From NCBI GenBank assembly GCA_030264375.1, contig JASCQW010000119.1, positions 9,334,685 to 9,398,684 of the forward strand: a DNA stretch of 64,000 nt, written 5' to 3'. The notes under the pieces were generated by a model, which made no database searches, was not told the DNA's origin, and saw nothing but the letters and a program-made list of their open reading frames with translations. Every line of letters starts with the position of its first letter. The first letter of the stretch is position 1. The DNA is from Carcharhinus longimanus (taxonomy: Eukaryota). This document shows, one piece after another, positions 56,701-64,000 of the stretch. The position numbers and the translations under genes are program-made.

Positions 56701-59700
56701 TGCTAAAACTTTGTCTGTTATTCCCAATTATTAACTGGAAGAAAAACGCTGGCGAAAATAAGGTTATTGAAACAAAGCCAAATAATATACACTACCATTT
56801 AAAATAAGAGAGAAAAAAAATGTCATGCATGCAGGTTCTTCACTACTGTATTTACGTCTGAATTTAAAGAGTGGTTGTTGAGTTGTGTTTTAGTCGACCA
56901 ATTTGCTGAAATGACAGACGAGGAACATGAGGTGTTGTCATTTACCCGTTTCTTTTTCTTTCAACTTCTCCTCTTTTGAAAGGAAAATGATATTCCATTT
57001 AAAATATTCTTAAATATGTTCATTTACTGTCATATATGACAATTCAAATTCCTCCAATCCCCAATATTTTATTGGCAATAGGTTGAAGCATAAGTCAGAA
57101 ATCTAAAGCATACTTTGTATAAATTCTGCCATTAGGACATTGTCAGTTTTTTTTTAACAATACTTCGAAAATCATGCAATGGATAGAATTCAGCAATGTT
57201 TTGCAAAATTCTCTTTAGCTAATGGATTATATGTATTGGGAAGAAATAGGTAAGTGGATTTAAGTTGACTATCAGGTATACTTGGATTTTCACAAGAATT
57301 GGTAAGATATTTTGTATATTGTATAATTGGATAAGAGAATTTTTCGTGTGGAATGTCATGATACTGTGGATACATGTTTATTTCTCCAGCAGGATGAATA
57401 AAGTCCGGCAACAATTCTCGTTCTGTTCGTATTATAAAGTTTTAATGAGAATAGTGCCACATAGCTCCCTGTCGAGGCCTGAATAACTTAAATATATTTT
57501 AATAGTTTGGATGAAGAGAACCAATGTATATCAGTTACTTTTGCCGTTTTCCTTAGGAAATACATAACCTAATTGATGAAGGGGATGGGGGGATCCGTAA
57601 AATAGATAACAGAAGGAAACTGAGTAAGCGTACATTCCAAAGATTAGGTGAAACGTCAGGAAATGTGAATATATCAAGGACGGCATGAAAGACAACAGAG
57701 AAATTTTCTTTTAATTAAGGGAGACTTGTAGAACTCTGTATTGTGAAGATGTACGGTACAGAATCACAAAACGTTGATATATACATGGCATTACTAATTG
57801 TATTTTAAAATTTCATTGAAGGAATGTTTGACTTACCGTCTAGGCCGCCATTAATAGTCGTTTCATACTCGCTTGAACATGTGATAATGAGCTCTTACTA
57901 TGATCAGCGGCATGACATATCATAGATTATCTGGGAGGATTTTTTTTTCCAGTGAATGCGGCTGAATGTTTTGTTTTCAAATTCGATTGTGAATTCCTTG
58001 GAGGGAGCAGTCATTTTGATACTACTGCCTTCTGCCGACTGCCCATATGATTTGAGGTTACAATAATCAGGCATTTGACATGTGCTACCGTACGATTACT
58101 GGCGAACTAACATAATGCTACTTGTAGAGGTTGCACACTATTGCCACCAATGGCTATTAATTGAGGGACTGGAAGTTTGCAGACTGGTTAGAAAACAAGC
58201 GTTTTTGATTTTTATTTGATGTTGCTAAGCCTGTCAAATGTTGCTGGTGTTCGACACTTCCATGAAAGAGCTGAGTATCACATCATGTGGATATTTAAGG
58301 CGGTTTTCTGACTTCTACAATCACGGGATTCAGGCAAGTTTTACCAATTTCTCTACCCAGTGTAAATATATTGCTTGGCCAGTTTGGATTTGTTTAATGC
58401 TAATCCAATGTTATTAATGCTGCGTGATTTACTTTTTGTAGCACCAGTAATTATCAATTGTGCTGATGTTCTCACTTATTATAAAAACGCAACACAAACG
58501 TCAGCTGCCGCGTACAATCCCAGGTCTGATTATCGTCCAGATTTTGATGACTTCAAGTGGCACTGAGATTATGTTGTGCCTTTGGACAAACATACGCTCT
58601 GATGGTCGAATTTAAGAAGTTTAGCGCTAGATAGGATGCTGTTCTGACTATATTGTATTGTTGCATGAACTACCTATTTCAGAGTGTCACCAATTTTTGC
58701 ACAAGCCTTCAAATGTTGATATGAAAACTCTTCAGGGTCCGTGGAACTGTAATTGTTTCTGTTCATTCCTGGTGCCATGTGGTGCACACAACTTTGTCCC
58801 ACAACCAGCTTTGCTTGCAGCATTTTTTGTTTCCTAATTGATAGGGCTTTTCAAAGCGTTATTTAAAATACAGCTCATGTCGTTTCGTCCTTTGAGGCAC
58901 ATATAGGCCAAACCTGGCAAGGGTGACTCATTTCTTTGTCTAAAGTGAAAGTGTGAGCCAGAGGGATTAAAACAAATGTTAACCTTTGACACAAATGTCA
59001 TTTGGGTTCCAAATGTATATATTTTTTAAATAACGCATCCTCTATATAATGTATCTCTTCAGCAATATCCAGATTTTTAACTCAATGACAATTCTTTTTT
59101 TTTCATCAATGAGATAAATTCATGTTGTTTTTGCTTGCAAGAAAATTGAAATGTGAAAATCAGTACGTTGCTCTTCAGGTGGTTATTAAGTGTGAAATCA
59201 AGGCTTCTTTTTTGTCTTATTAGCAAGTTTAAAGGCAGTGAATATGTGCATTTTTTTTTCAAGTTTCCGGGGTGGATAGCAAAAGGGAAGTTCCATTTTG
59301 GCAGGAGTTTATATGTAAACATAACTGCATAAATGATATTCTCTCTGAATGTCATTGAATCATATAAACCCCGCAGTGCAAAAATAGGCTATTCGGCTCT
59401 TTGACTCTGCACCAACCACAATTCCACCCAGCCCCTTTCCCCATATCTCCACATATTTACCCACTAATCCCTCTAATGTACGCAACCTGGAACACTAANN
59501 NNNNNNNNNNNNNNNNNNNNNNNNNNNNNNNNNNNNNNNNNNNNNNNNNNNNNNNNNNNNNNNNNNNNNNNNNNNNNNNNNNNNNNNNNNNNNNNNNNTT
59601 CCCCATATCTCCACATATTTACCCACTAATCCCTCTAATGTACTCAACCTGGAACACTAAGGGACAACCTAGTATGGCCAATTAACCAAACCCGCACATC

Positions 59701-62700
59701 ATTGGACTGTGGGAGGAACCTGGAGCACGGGTTAATATGCAATATGTGCTTGCTCCTCTGAGAAAGTAGTTAGTATGGGAAACTATCCTTCTCAATAGAA
59801 CTGAAGGCTGGGTCACTGAAATAACAGTTAGGCAGCTATTGATAACGAATGGTCAATGGAAACAGACAGGAACGTACAGTTGACACAAAATTTGTATCAG
59901 CCACAATTTCATTAAGGGACAGAGCTGAGGTTTCTCGGAAATTAAAGCTGAAACGGACGGAAACAATGGAGTGGTTTTATTGCAGCAAAGTATTACAACC
60001 ACATATGCTCAATAGAACACTTTGAAAAGCTTTCGAGACATCTATTTGGTTGAGATCTGGGACGTGATGGCTTGCATTTCTAAAATCTCTATGCAGACTT
60101 CGACATATCACATTACTTCTATTACACACAAAAAAAGATAAATTTCTTCCGAGGGAGGACATCTGTTTTCTCACCAAAATCGTTCACCGAAGCTTGGCAT
60201 GCGGATAAATCTGCTCAAGCAAAAAGCAAAATCACAGTTGTCGAACTTCAGTTGACATTATTTTATTGTGTTTGCTTATTAGAATTAGCCTTAAAAAGTT
60301 CGTATGTATATCGTGGTATGCAGCCCTCGTGCTGTCGAACAATTACTGAACATCTTTATTTGTTCTCAGGAGATGGTGTCAAACATCATTATTGACTGTT
60401 GTCTGTCAACTGCTTTTATAAATAGCCACAACACATGTTTAATGAAAATTGGGTTGCAGTCATTCGACACAGCGACAACGAACGATCTACAATATATTTC
60501 CGCCTCATAAGTGTGCACTAATTGATAAGGTATTCCCAGTTATGCAGTGTAATTGGTATCAGTTAAACGTGCTTCTGGAGGGACATTTAGGATGCACCAC
60601 AGCGTTTTTTCAGTGGGCATGAATTGAATTCCAATAGGTCTGATCTTCTCCTTCCCTACAAATCGCCCATGCCAGCAAGGAATCATCGAACAAAGTTTGC
60701 AGACTGCTAGACTTCTAATCCATTAACATATCCTTATTTAAACATTGCTGTCATCAGCAATTTCTGTTCTACTTGTCGAAGCGCTTACAATTGTGTTTGA
60801 TTAATTCAATTCGGACGAAAAAAGGAACATTTCACACTAACTACATTGTGTTCAGCGAACGATCAACCCTTCACCTCACTGAAGCCGGAATTTAATTTTA
60901 ATTGTGACAAATGCGTTACATTCTTGGAGGACACATGGATTTTATAGTCTTGCTACCAATGACTGCAGACCACATATTACTCAGACAAGGTTTACTGTAG
61001 TACGAGAGTTCTAAATGCTTTGTCATTCATTAACTTATTTCGTCTCATTACGAAACATGTAATGTTCACCAGTTGTCGAGCTGCACCATTTAAGTGCTGA
61101 TCAAATGAACAACATTTCCTTACAACGTAGCCAGCGATGTCAGGAAAATGACCACCTTATGAAATCAGTGGTCCTACTAAAATGACATGTTCGGTTTGAA
61201 TCAAAGTGAAATCAATTATCCAGGTGGCATAATTACCCTAATACGTGAAACTTTCTCCAACCGTTCAACCAGGTAATTCATGGGCATCAGTTCGTAACAG
61301 TGCTACCTGCTGTCCAAGTGGATGTTTTAGTATGATTCTCTCTCCCTCTGCATTACCATCATTTGAAACATGATGCTGAAAACACATTTCATAGATCAGT
61401 CGTCAAACTTACGCGTGATAATTAGCGTCAGGTGTATTGTCAGATATTTTCCTTTACCATGTCATGTTATTTGAGCATTTCTGCAGTGTTATCATGAACG
61501 TATTTTTACCATGGATATTACTGTCATCAGTGTTGCCGACTGCATCTTCTTCGAAGTTATTTCAAATATTTTAATTTCAGCTTAATTCCTGAAATCAACA
61601 AAGAGAAAAGCACAAACCTTGTTTTAATTCATCTAATGCTTCAGCTGGTGGATTTAATTGAAAGGAGCGTGAGTTTTTAACAAGAACGCAATGTTTAACT
61701 GCATGATCGTCGTTAGTCATTAGATGAAAATGATGCACTCAGGAGGCACTATTCCAGTAAGTAAGTGAACGTTGTGTGAACTTATTTTTGCGAAAATCGC
61801 AAATGTATGCATCAGCAAACACCGAGAATGCATGTTGAACGTTACAATAACTAATCTTAAGTTTCCAAATTTTTCTTACAAAATGAACGTCCAAAATGAA
61901 GGATGCGCTTACATTGTCACATTCTGTTATTAAAGATTAGACGTTGCCAAGTTTGTTTTTATTACATATTATTCCAAGAAAAAAAAACTGAATTGTGAAT
62001 CTAAAATGCCGAGTACAAAGACGCTGGCACATGGCTATTCAGAACACATCGCCTGAATCTACAGAGTGAATACGATTAAGAGTGCGACAGACGTGATACA
62101 GAGTAAAGTACATCATCGCTTAAATAATTGGGAAAGTTCAATGACATGTTGCTTAACTCTGTTTCACTTTGCAGACGATGGTACGTGACCAAACATTGAT
62201 TGCGTTTGTGTTCAATCCCGAATGTTTTCTTTACACTTATTATTGCTTGCTCTTATGGATTGCAACATAAAAAAATGCTGTATATGAGGCAAGTGTACAG
62301 AGGCACTTAATAAATAAACATCAATGTCTCTTGAATTGTAAGCTTTAGAATTCCAGGAACTAGATGTACAATCTTTACTGACGCTAATTAGCACCGGTGC
62401 ATTCGGGAAAAAAAACAAGAAACGGATTGATGGACTGCAGTTAGATTGGGCAAAACATGAAGTACTTTCAAGTGAGGATGAAAAAAAAATGCTCCCAGAA
62501 TTTCAGGTCCGGGCACNNNNNNNNNNNNNNNNNNNNNNNNNNNNNNNNNNNNNNNNNNNNNNNNNNNNNNNNNNNNNNNNNNNNNNNNNNNNNNNNNNNN
62601 NNNNNNNNNNNNNNNNCACTTTATCTTTATATAATTTCTACTCGATTCCATGTACAATGTAGAATCAGGGCATAAGATAATATTTCGGATGGTTCTCGGT

Positions 62701-63576
62701 CTGTGTGGAATGCATTGCATGCAAACTAAAATTTGCCGACCATTCCACTGCTGCTTAATCGGTTCGGTCAGAGTTTCAAGTGTGAGCCAATAAATGAAAT
62801 GTGCGATATAATGTCACAACTTTAAAGATTTTTTTTGTTAATACATATCACAGCATGAACGCATTTCCAGACTTCAATTTAATCTCAAATCCGATTGCAA
62901 TATTTCATTTAGGTGTTGCCTGCACCGTGGATTTTCTTTGTTCAATCATTGTAAGTGTGTATTCTTCGTCGGTTTACATTCTCTCAGAGCTTTCCACGAA
63001 GCATTTTTGCCATCCTGCCTCCGCTCTTCCCCTTTTTTGGCAAATCTTGTCTCCCTTTCTCTCTCCATATCTCTATGACACTCAATGAGTTCAGCTAAGA
63101 TTCTCACGTAAGCTTTGCTCATTCCTGCCACAAAGGGACATAGGCACTCAACACAAAACAAAAACGGGACATACATAAGCTCCTTGGTTCCTCAAGACTG
63201 TTCTTCAATTCTATATTGCGCTGGCTTATCCAAAATCGCAACACCATACGTCCGAGATTTCCCCTTGCTCCCTAACATCTTTACAGTTGAGAAATCTATC
63301 TATTTCATGTTTTAAAATATTCAGGGTTGTTTCCTTCACAGCCTTCTGTGATATTTCATGACGCCGACTCCCCACCGCCCGAGTGACGAGCTTCCTCATC
63401 ATCCAATGACGTAATGGCCTGCCTCACATTCTGACAATAGCCACAGGCAAATGACACATCGTGCTAATAAGCAGTCCCAGCAATGATCTTTATGATTGAA
63501 CAATATAAAATATGAGGAAAACAATGCACAATCCTCTTACCACATTTTTTATTCGCGATGTTGCAATTCTCCAACT
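6754..63576 (-). CDS. Partial multi-exon gene: 19 alternating 36/27-nt phase-1 microexons encoding a 21-aa-repeat, Cys-containing coiled-coil rod (about 201 aa seen; N- and C-termini not found)
   Basis: Ten 36-nt and nine 27-nt segments flanked by AG and GT/GC, in unbroken alternation. The joined frame has no stops and no Pro, and all ten 36-nt exons have Leu/Ile at position 2 and Cys at position 5. Confidence 0.92.
7100..7126 (-). CDS. Microexon 18 (27 nt): EDKLADKEK
   Basis: tttgcctcctaatag|AGGACAAGTTGGCAGACAAAGAAAAAG|gtaacc. Confidence 0.9.
7469..7504 (-). CDS. Microexon 17 (36 nt): [12 protein letters not shown]
   Basis: aatttgatccag|AAATTGCCCAATGTGAAAAATCATTGATGGAATGTG|gtgagt. Confidence 0.92.
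7731..7990. mobile_element. Penelope-like terminal hairpin (inverted repeat) relic
   Basis: Arms at about 7731-7796 and 7890-7955 are imperfect reverse complements. Same family as 27165-27358. Confidence 0.65.
8500..9850 (+). mobile_element. Decayed CR1 LINE
   Basis: [17 protein letters not shown] (CR1 FFEEVTxxxDEGxAVDV), IGRDIEFK, and tail ggccgaagggctagttcccgtg. Confidence 0.85.
10130..10400 (-). mobile_element. Rex1/Babar-type LINE 3' fragment
   Basis: gggaagaaactgttcttgagt resembles the Rex1-like 3' fragment at about 46190-46240. Confidence 0.5.
10581..10607 (-). CDS. Microexon 16 (27 nt): ESRLDAKTE
   Basis: ttttactttcaatcag|AATCAAGGTTGGATGCCAAAACCGAAG|gtatga. Confidence 0.9.
11026..11061 (-). 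CDS. Microexon 15 (36 nt): [12 protein letters not shown], with non-canonical GC donor
   Basis: tgcctggacacag|AAATCGCCATCTGCAAACAGTTGATGAACGAATTAG|gcgagt. Confidence 0.85.
11975..12845 (+). mobile_element. Decayed CR1 LINE (contains a gap)
   Basis: [20 protein letters not shown] and tail gggtcgaagggtctgttcctgtgctgta. Confidence 0.88.
13382..13408 (-). CDS. Microexon 14 (27 nt): EEKLEEREK
   Basis: ttctttgccaacag|AAGAAAAACTGGAAGAACGCGAAAAAG|gtaaca. Confidence 0.92.
16780..16930 (-). mobile_element. HE1/V-SINE fragment
   Basis: ctgtgggaggaaactgcagtacc...aacgcaggcagacacg, the reverse of the V-domain seen in intact copies. Confidence 0.55.
17407..17442 (-). CDS. Microexon 13 (36 nt): [12 protein letters not shown]
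   Basis: gtctgccatctag|ATTTAACCACATGTAAAGCTATTTTAAAAGAAACGG|gtacgt. Confidence 0.9.
17735..17758. repeat. Poly-C tract next to a short gap
   Basis: Uninterrupted C run. Confidence 0.95.
17870..20310 (+). mobile_element. Second LINE family (CR1/L2-group RT), split by a younger CR1 insertion
   Basis: [16 protein letters not shown]...PLTK at about 18050-18120 resumes after 18880 with acaatgtggaaaa...caggacaaatccaaccc. Further RT-like pieces follow: [22 protein letters not shown]. Confidence 0.8.
18127..18880 (+). mobile_element. Relatively young 5'-truncated CR1 (HER1-like) LINE
   Basis: [43 protein letters not shown]; [16 protein letters not shown]; 3' tail repeats ctatgttgtatgttgtatgttcta. 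Confidence 0.95.
20770..22800 (-). mobile_element. Highly decayed RTE-clade LINE
   Basis: [10 protein letters not shown]...[18 protein letters not shown]...KC matches the RTE RT motif KILARILLNRL...ESQCGFR...TxDMIF...QEKC. Confidence 0.7.
22950..24880 (+). mobile_element. Rex1/Babar-clade LINE, decayed
   Basis: Recognisable WFKxIIxVPK, LND..PVxxTSTIMKxFE, [17 protein letters not shown], NYSSAxNTIIP, [28 protein letters not shown], and a tail ending aataacaatccaatcgaatc. Confidence 0.88.
24925..25425 (+). mobile_element. Young CR1 LINE (RT core plus 3' end, gap inside)
   Basis: [42 protein letters not shown] and tail gggccgaagggcctgtttccc. Confidence 0.95.
26287..26388 (-). mobile_element. 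HE1/V-SINE 5' (tRNA-derived) head; rest lies in the gap
   Basis: Reverse strand has an A-box-like ggtggcacagtggttagca and B-box ggttcgattccc, followed by ctgtgtggagtttgcac. Confidence 0.88.
27165..27358. mobile_element. Penelope-like terminal hairpin
   Basis: Near-perfect inverted arms of about 50 bp at 27199-27248 and 27308-27356. Confidence 0.7.
27352..27632 (+). mobile_element. HE1/V-SINE
   Basis: B-box ggttcaattcc, V-domain ctgtgtggagtttgcacattctc...gggtttcctccgggtgctccggtttcctcccaca, and CR1-like tail gatgggctgaatggc...tctgcact. Confidence 0.9.
27640..27775 (-). mobile_element. CR1 3' tail fragment
   Basis: ggaggccatttggcccctcaagactgctctgc...ctatatctaatttcttc. Confidence 0.6.
27780..28110 (-). 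mobile_element. tRNA-derived SINE of a second family (possibly SacSINE1/DeuSINE-like)
   Basis: Reverse B-box (gggattcaaacccagg on +) and core ggaaggaaatctgccatccttacccggtctggcc. Family name from memory. Confidence 0.6.
28378..28705 (-). mobile_element. Near full-length HE1/V-SINE
   Basis: tagaaaccctacagtgcagaaggaggcc ... ggaaaccggagcacccggaggaaacc ... ggaatcgaacccggg ... gtgctaaccactatgccaccgtgcc. Confidence 0.92.
29335..29975 (+). mobile_element. 5'-truncated CR1 LINE
   Basis: [26 protein letters not shown]; [11 protein letters not shown]...[16 protein letters not shown]; tail tgtaatgttctaagttcta. Confidence 0.95.
30646..30672 (-). CDS. Microexon 12 (27 nt): EEKLKDKEN
   Basis: atatgtcttcag|AAGAAAAACTGAAAGACAAAGAAAATG|gtaata. 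Confidence 0.9.
31047..31082 (-). CDS. Microexon 11 (36 nt): [12 protein letters not shown]
   Basis: cctatgtgatccag|ATTTAGCCTGTTGCCAAAACTTGTCAAAAGATTTAG|gtgagt. Confidence 0.92.
31968..32480 (+). mobile_element. 5'-truncated CR1 LINE
   Basis: [17 protein letters not shown]...; tail gctctatgctctat. Confidence 0.92.
33439..33465 (-). CDS. Microexon 10 (27 nt): EEEIGEIKD
   Basis: ccaacttcaacag|AGGAAGAAATTGGTGAAATTAAAGACG|gtatgt. Confidence 0.88.
34230..34410. mobile_element. Penelope-like hairpin relic (second subfamily)
   Basis: aaagtgctggagagtctc ... gagattttccagaattt inverted arms around ttcgagtctggatagcccttcctcagaatctggacgaag. Confidence 0.5.
35477..35512 (-). CDS. Microexon 9 (36 nt): [12 protein letters not shown]
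   Basis: ggttctcttaaag|CGTTGGCAGATTGCAAGTCTTCACTGAAGAAGTTAG|gtaaca. Confidence 0.9.
38518..38810 (-). mobile_element. HE1/V-SINE, decayed
   Basis: gtgcagaaggaggtcattcgg ... ggaaacccacacagacacagggagaatgtgcaggctccacacagac. Confidence 0.85.
39790..40800 (-). mobile_element. Decayed copy of the second LINE family, with a CR1 tail inserted at about 40140
   Basis: Reverse similarity to the 3' end at 20000-20310 (aatatatttccaagtcaagg, ggagctggcagctggtggtgttc). Confidence 0.55.
40141..40214 (-). mobile_element. Young CR1 3' terminus with (aagaacat)n tail, running into a gap
   Basis: ataagaacataagaacataagaaataggagcaggagtaggcca; the same sequence recurs at about 49525-49583. Confidence 0.85.
41080..41600 (+). 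mobile_element. Decayed fragment of the second LINE family
   Basis: cagccagaagtgcccagtggatgat... and aacaggacaaatcctacccaaccaatta resemble 17900-18980. Confidence 0.65.
41716..41773. repeat. Compound (GT)n(GC)n(GT)n microsatellite
   Basis: tgtgtgtg...tgtgcgcgcgcgcgcgcgtgtgtg... Confidence 0.97.
42017..42043 (-). CDS. Microexon 8 (27 nt): DGKLREKDE
   Basis: ttattttcaacag|ACGGAAAGTTAAGGGAAAAAGACGAAG|gtactt. Confidence 0.88.
42621..42656 (-). CDS. Microexon 7 (36 nt): [12 protein letters not shown]
   Basis: ttcacccggtgcag|AATTGAACATGTGCAAGGAATTGGTTGCCGATTTAG|gtgagt. Confidence 0.92.
43797..43845. repeat. Imperfect (CA)n microsatellite
   Basis: acacacacacgcacacacacac... Confidence 0.95.
44400..45030. 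mobile_element. Two decayed CR1 fragments (minus about 44400-44830, plus 3' end about 44850-45030)
   Basis: cagaactgaaggccatactc is the reverse of an EYxxQFW-like motif; tail gaagggcggagtggcctgattctgcttc. Confidence 0.55.
45705..46540 (-). mobile_element. Rex1/Babar LINE 3' end, interrupted by a CR1
   Basis: [27 protein letters not shown], and the tail ttgatttattattgtcac on the far side of the CR1. Confidence 0.8.
45880..46152 (+). mobile_element. Young CR1 LINE fragment spanning a gap
   Basis: [30 protein letters not shown]; tail gggccgaagggcctgttctgcgctgtaatgttctatg. Confidence 0.93.
47309..47335 (-). CDS. Microexon 6 (27 nt): IETERETRE
   Basis: attgccttcaacag|TTGAGACAGAACGCGAAACAAGAGAAG|gtaggc. 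Confidence 0.82.
49525..49583 (-). mobile_element. CR1 3' terminus running into a gap
   Basis: aacataagaacataagaaataggagcaggagtaggccatctagcccttggag. Confidence 0.85.
50380..52200 (+). mobile_element. Long decayed CR1 LINE (gap and unrelated insert at about 51515-51870)
   Basis: [39 protein letters not shown], and a 3' UTR ending ggagggccgaaggacatgtccc. Confidence 0.85.
55050..55930 (+). mobile_element. Decayed copy of the second LINE family
   Basis: [12 protein letters not shown]...[22 protein letters not shown] parallels 19430-19570 ([10 protein letters not shown]...ANKWQVTF). Confidence 0.75.
56497..56532 (-). CDS. Microexon 5 (36 nt): [12 protein letters not shown]
   Basis: ttcttcacttgcag|AGTTGGAAGACTGCAACGCTGCGAACAGAAAATTAA|gtgaga. 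Clear paralog of exon 1. Confidence 0.9.
   Translation of the reverse strand, partial: SWKTATLRTEN
56946..56972 (-). CDS. Microexon 4 (27 nt): EEKLKEKET
   Basis: tttcctttcaaaag|AGGAGAAGTTGAAAGAAAAAGAAACGG|gtaaat. Confidence 0.9.
57220..57800 (+). mobile_element. Very old CR1 fragment
   Basis: YLDF-like tacttggattttc and WI-like aattggataagag motifs. Confidence 0.4.
59355..59730 (-). mobile_element. HE1/V-SINE spanning a gap
   Basis: catatttacccactaatccctctaat ... cacatcattggactgtgggaggaacctggagcac. Confidence 0.85.
60175..60210 (-). CDS. Microexon 3 (36 nt): [12 protein letters not shown]
   Basis: tttgcttgagcag|ATTTATCCGCATGCCAAGCTTCGGTGAACGATTTTG|gtgaga. Confidence 0.9.
61618..61644 (-). 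CDS. Microexon 2 (27 nt): AEALDELKQ
   Basis: aaatccaccag|CTGAAGCATTAGATGAATTAAAACAAG|gtttgt. Weaker splice sites, but size and position fit the array. Confidence 0.78.
63541..63576 (-). CDS. Microexon 1 (36 nt): (E)[11 protein letters not shown]
   Basis: gattcattacag|AGTTGGAGAATTGCAACATCGCGAATAAAAAATGTG|gtaaga. First residue assumes an upstream exon ending in G. Confidence 0.9.
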
Positions 63577-64000
63577 CTGTAATGAATCAACGTGTGCATC
63601 AGAAGCCATCACTCAATCTATGACATCTGTCATACTTGAACAGCTCGTTTTCTGACACACAATATTAGGTTAGTATAATAATTCTCGGCTGTTTTTCGAA
63701 CTTCAAAACGTATGAAAATCTGGGAAACCAACAGCCCTTCAGCGCCTGTAGTACCCACCACAATTCTTGGCAATAGAGAGACAATGTCCATGATACAGTG
63801 GTACAAATGTATAACGCTGAACAACATTTTTGTGAAACTAAAATGAAACATTATTTGGTCAATGTAACAATTATGAGAGTGGAGGCATCAATGCCTGATT
63901 TTTAACAGACACCCGGATATTGACAGAAGGTAAACAGTTCACATGATAAAGGGGGTCAAAACACTGCAAGAAAGAACATAAAAATGGCAATAAATACATT

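Noticed and set aside
3018-62720. Longest ORF-track entries (3018-3569, 25061-25648, 40033-40491, 49338-49880 and similar)
   Set aside because: Their length comes from reading through N gaps or from decayed transposon sequence; none resembles a host protein.
1-64000. CRISPR arrays, operons or other prokaryotic systems
   Set aside because: The DNA is clearly vertebrate intronic and repeat sequence, with no regularly spaced direct repeats or gene-dense tracts.

Overview
Eukaryotic, repeat-rich vertebrate DNA, most likely shark or ray judging by HER1-like CR1 LINEs, HE1/V-type SINEs, Rex1/Babar, RTE, Penelope-like and Harbinger relics. It is a gapped assembly. None of the supplied ORFs is a convincing host gene. 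The main discovery is on the minus strand, 63576 down to 6754, and is invisible to the ORF track: 19 microexons alternating strictly 36 nt / 27 nt, all phase 1-1 with AG acceptors and GT donors (one GC). They splice into a stop-free 603-nt frame of about 201 aa: (E)[200 protein letters not shown]. This is a 21-aa (three-heptad) coiled-coil repeat with an invariant Cys at a core position. The start and end of the gene were not found, so it cannot be named. Exon coordinates were read base by base; repeat boundaries are approximate.
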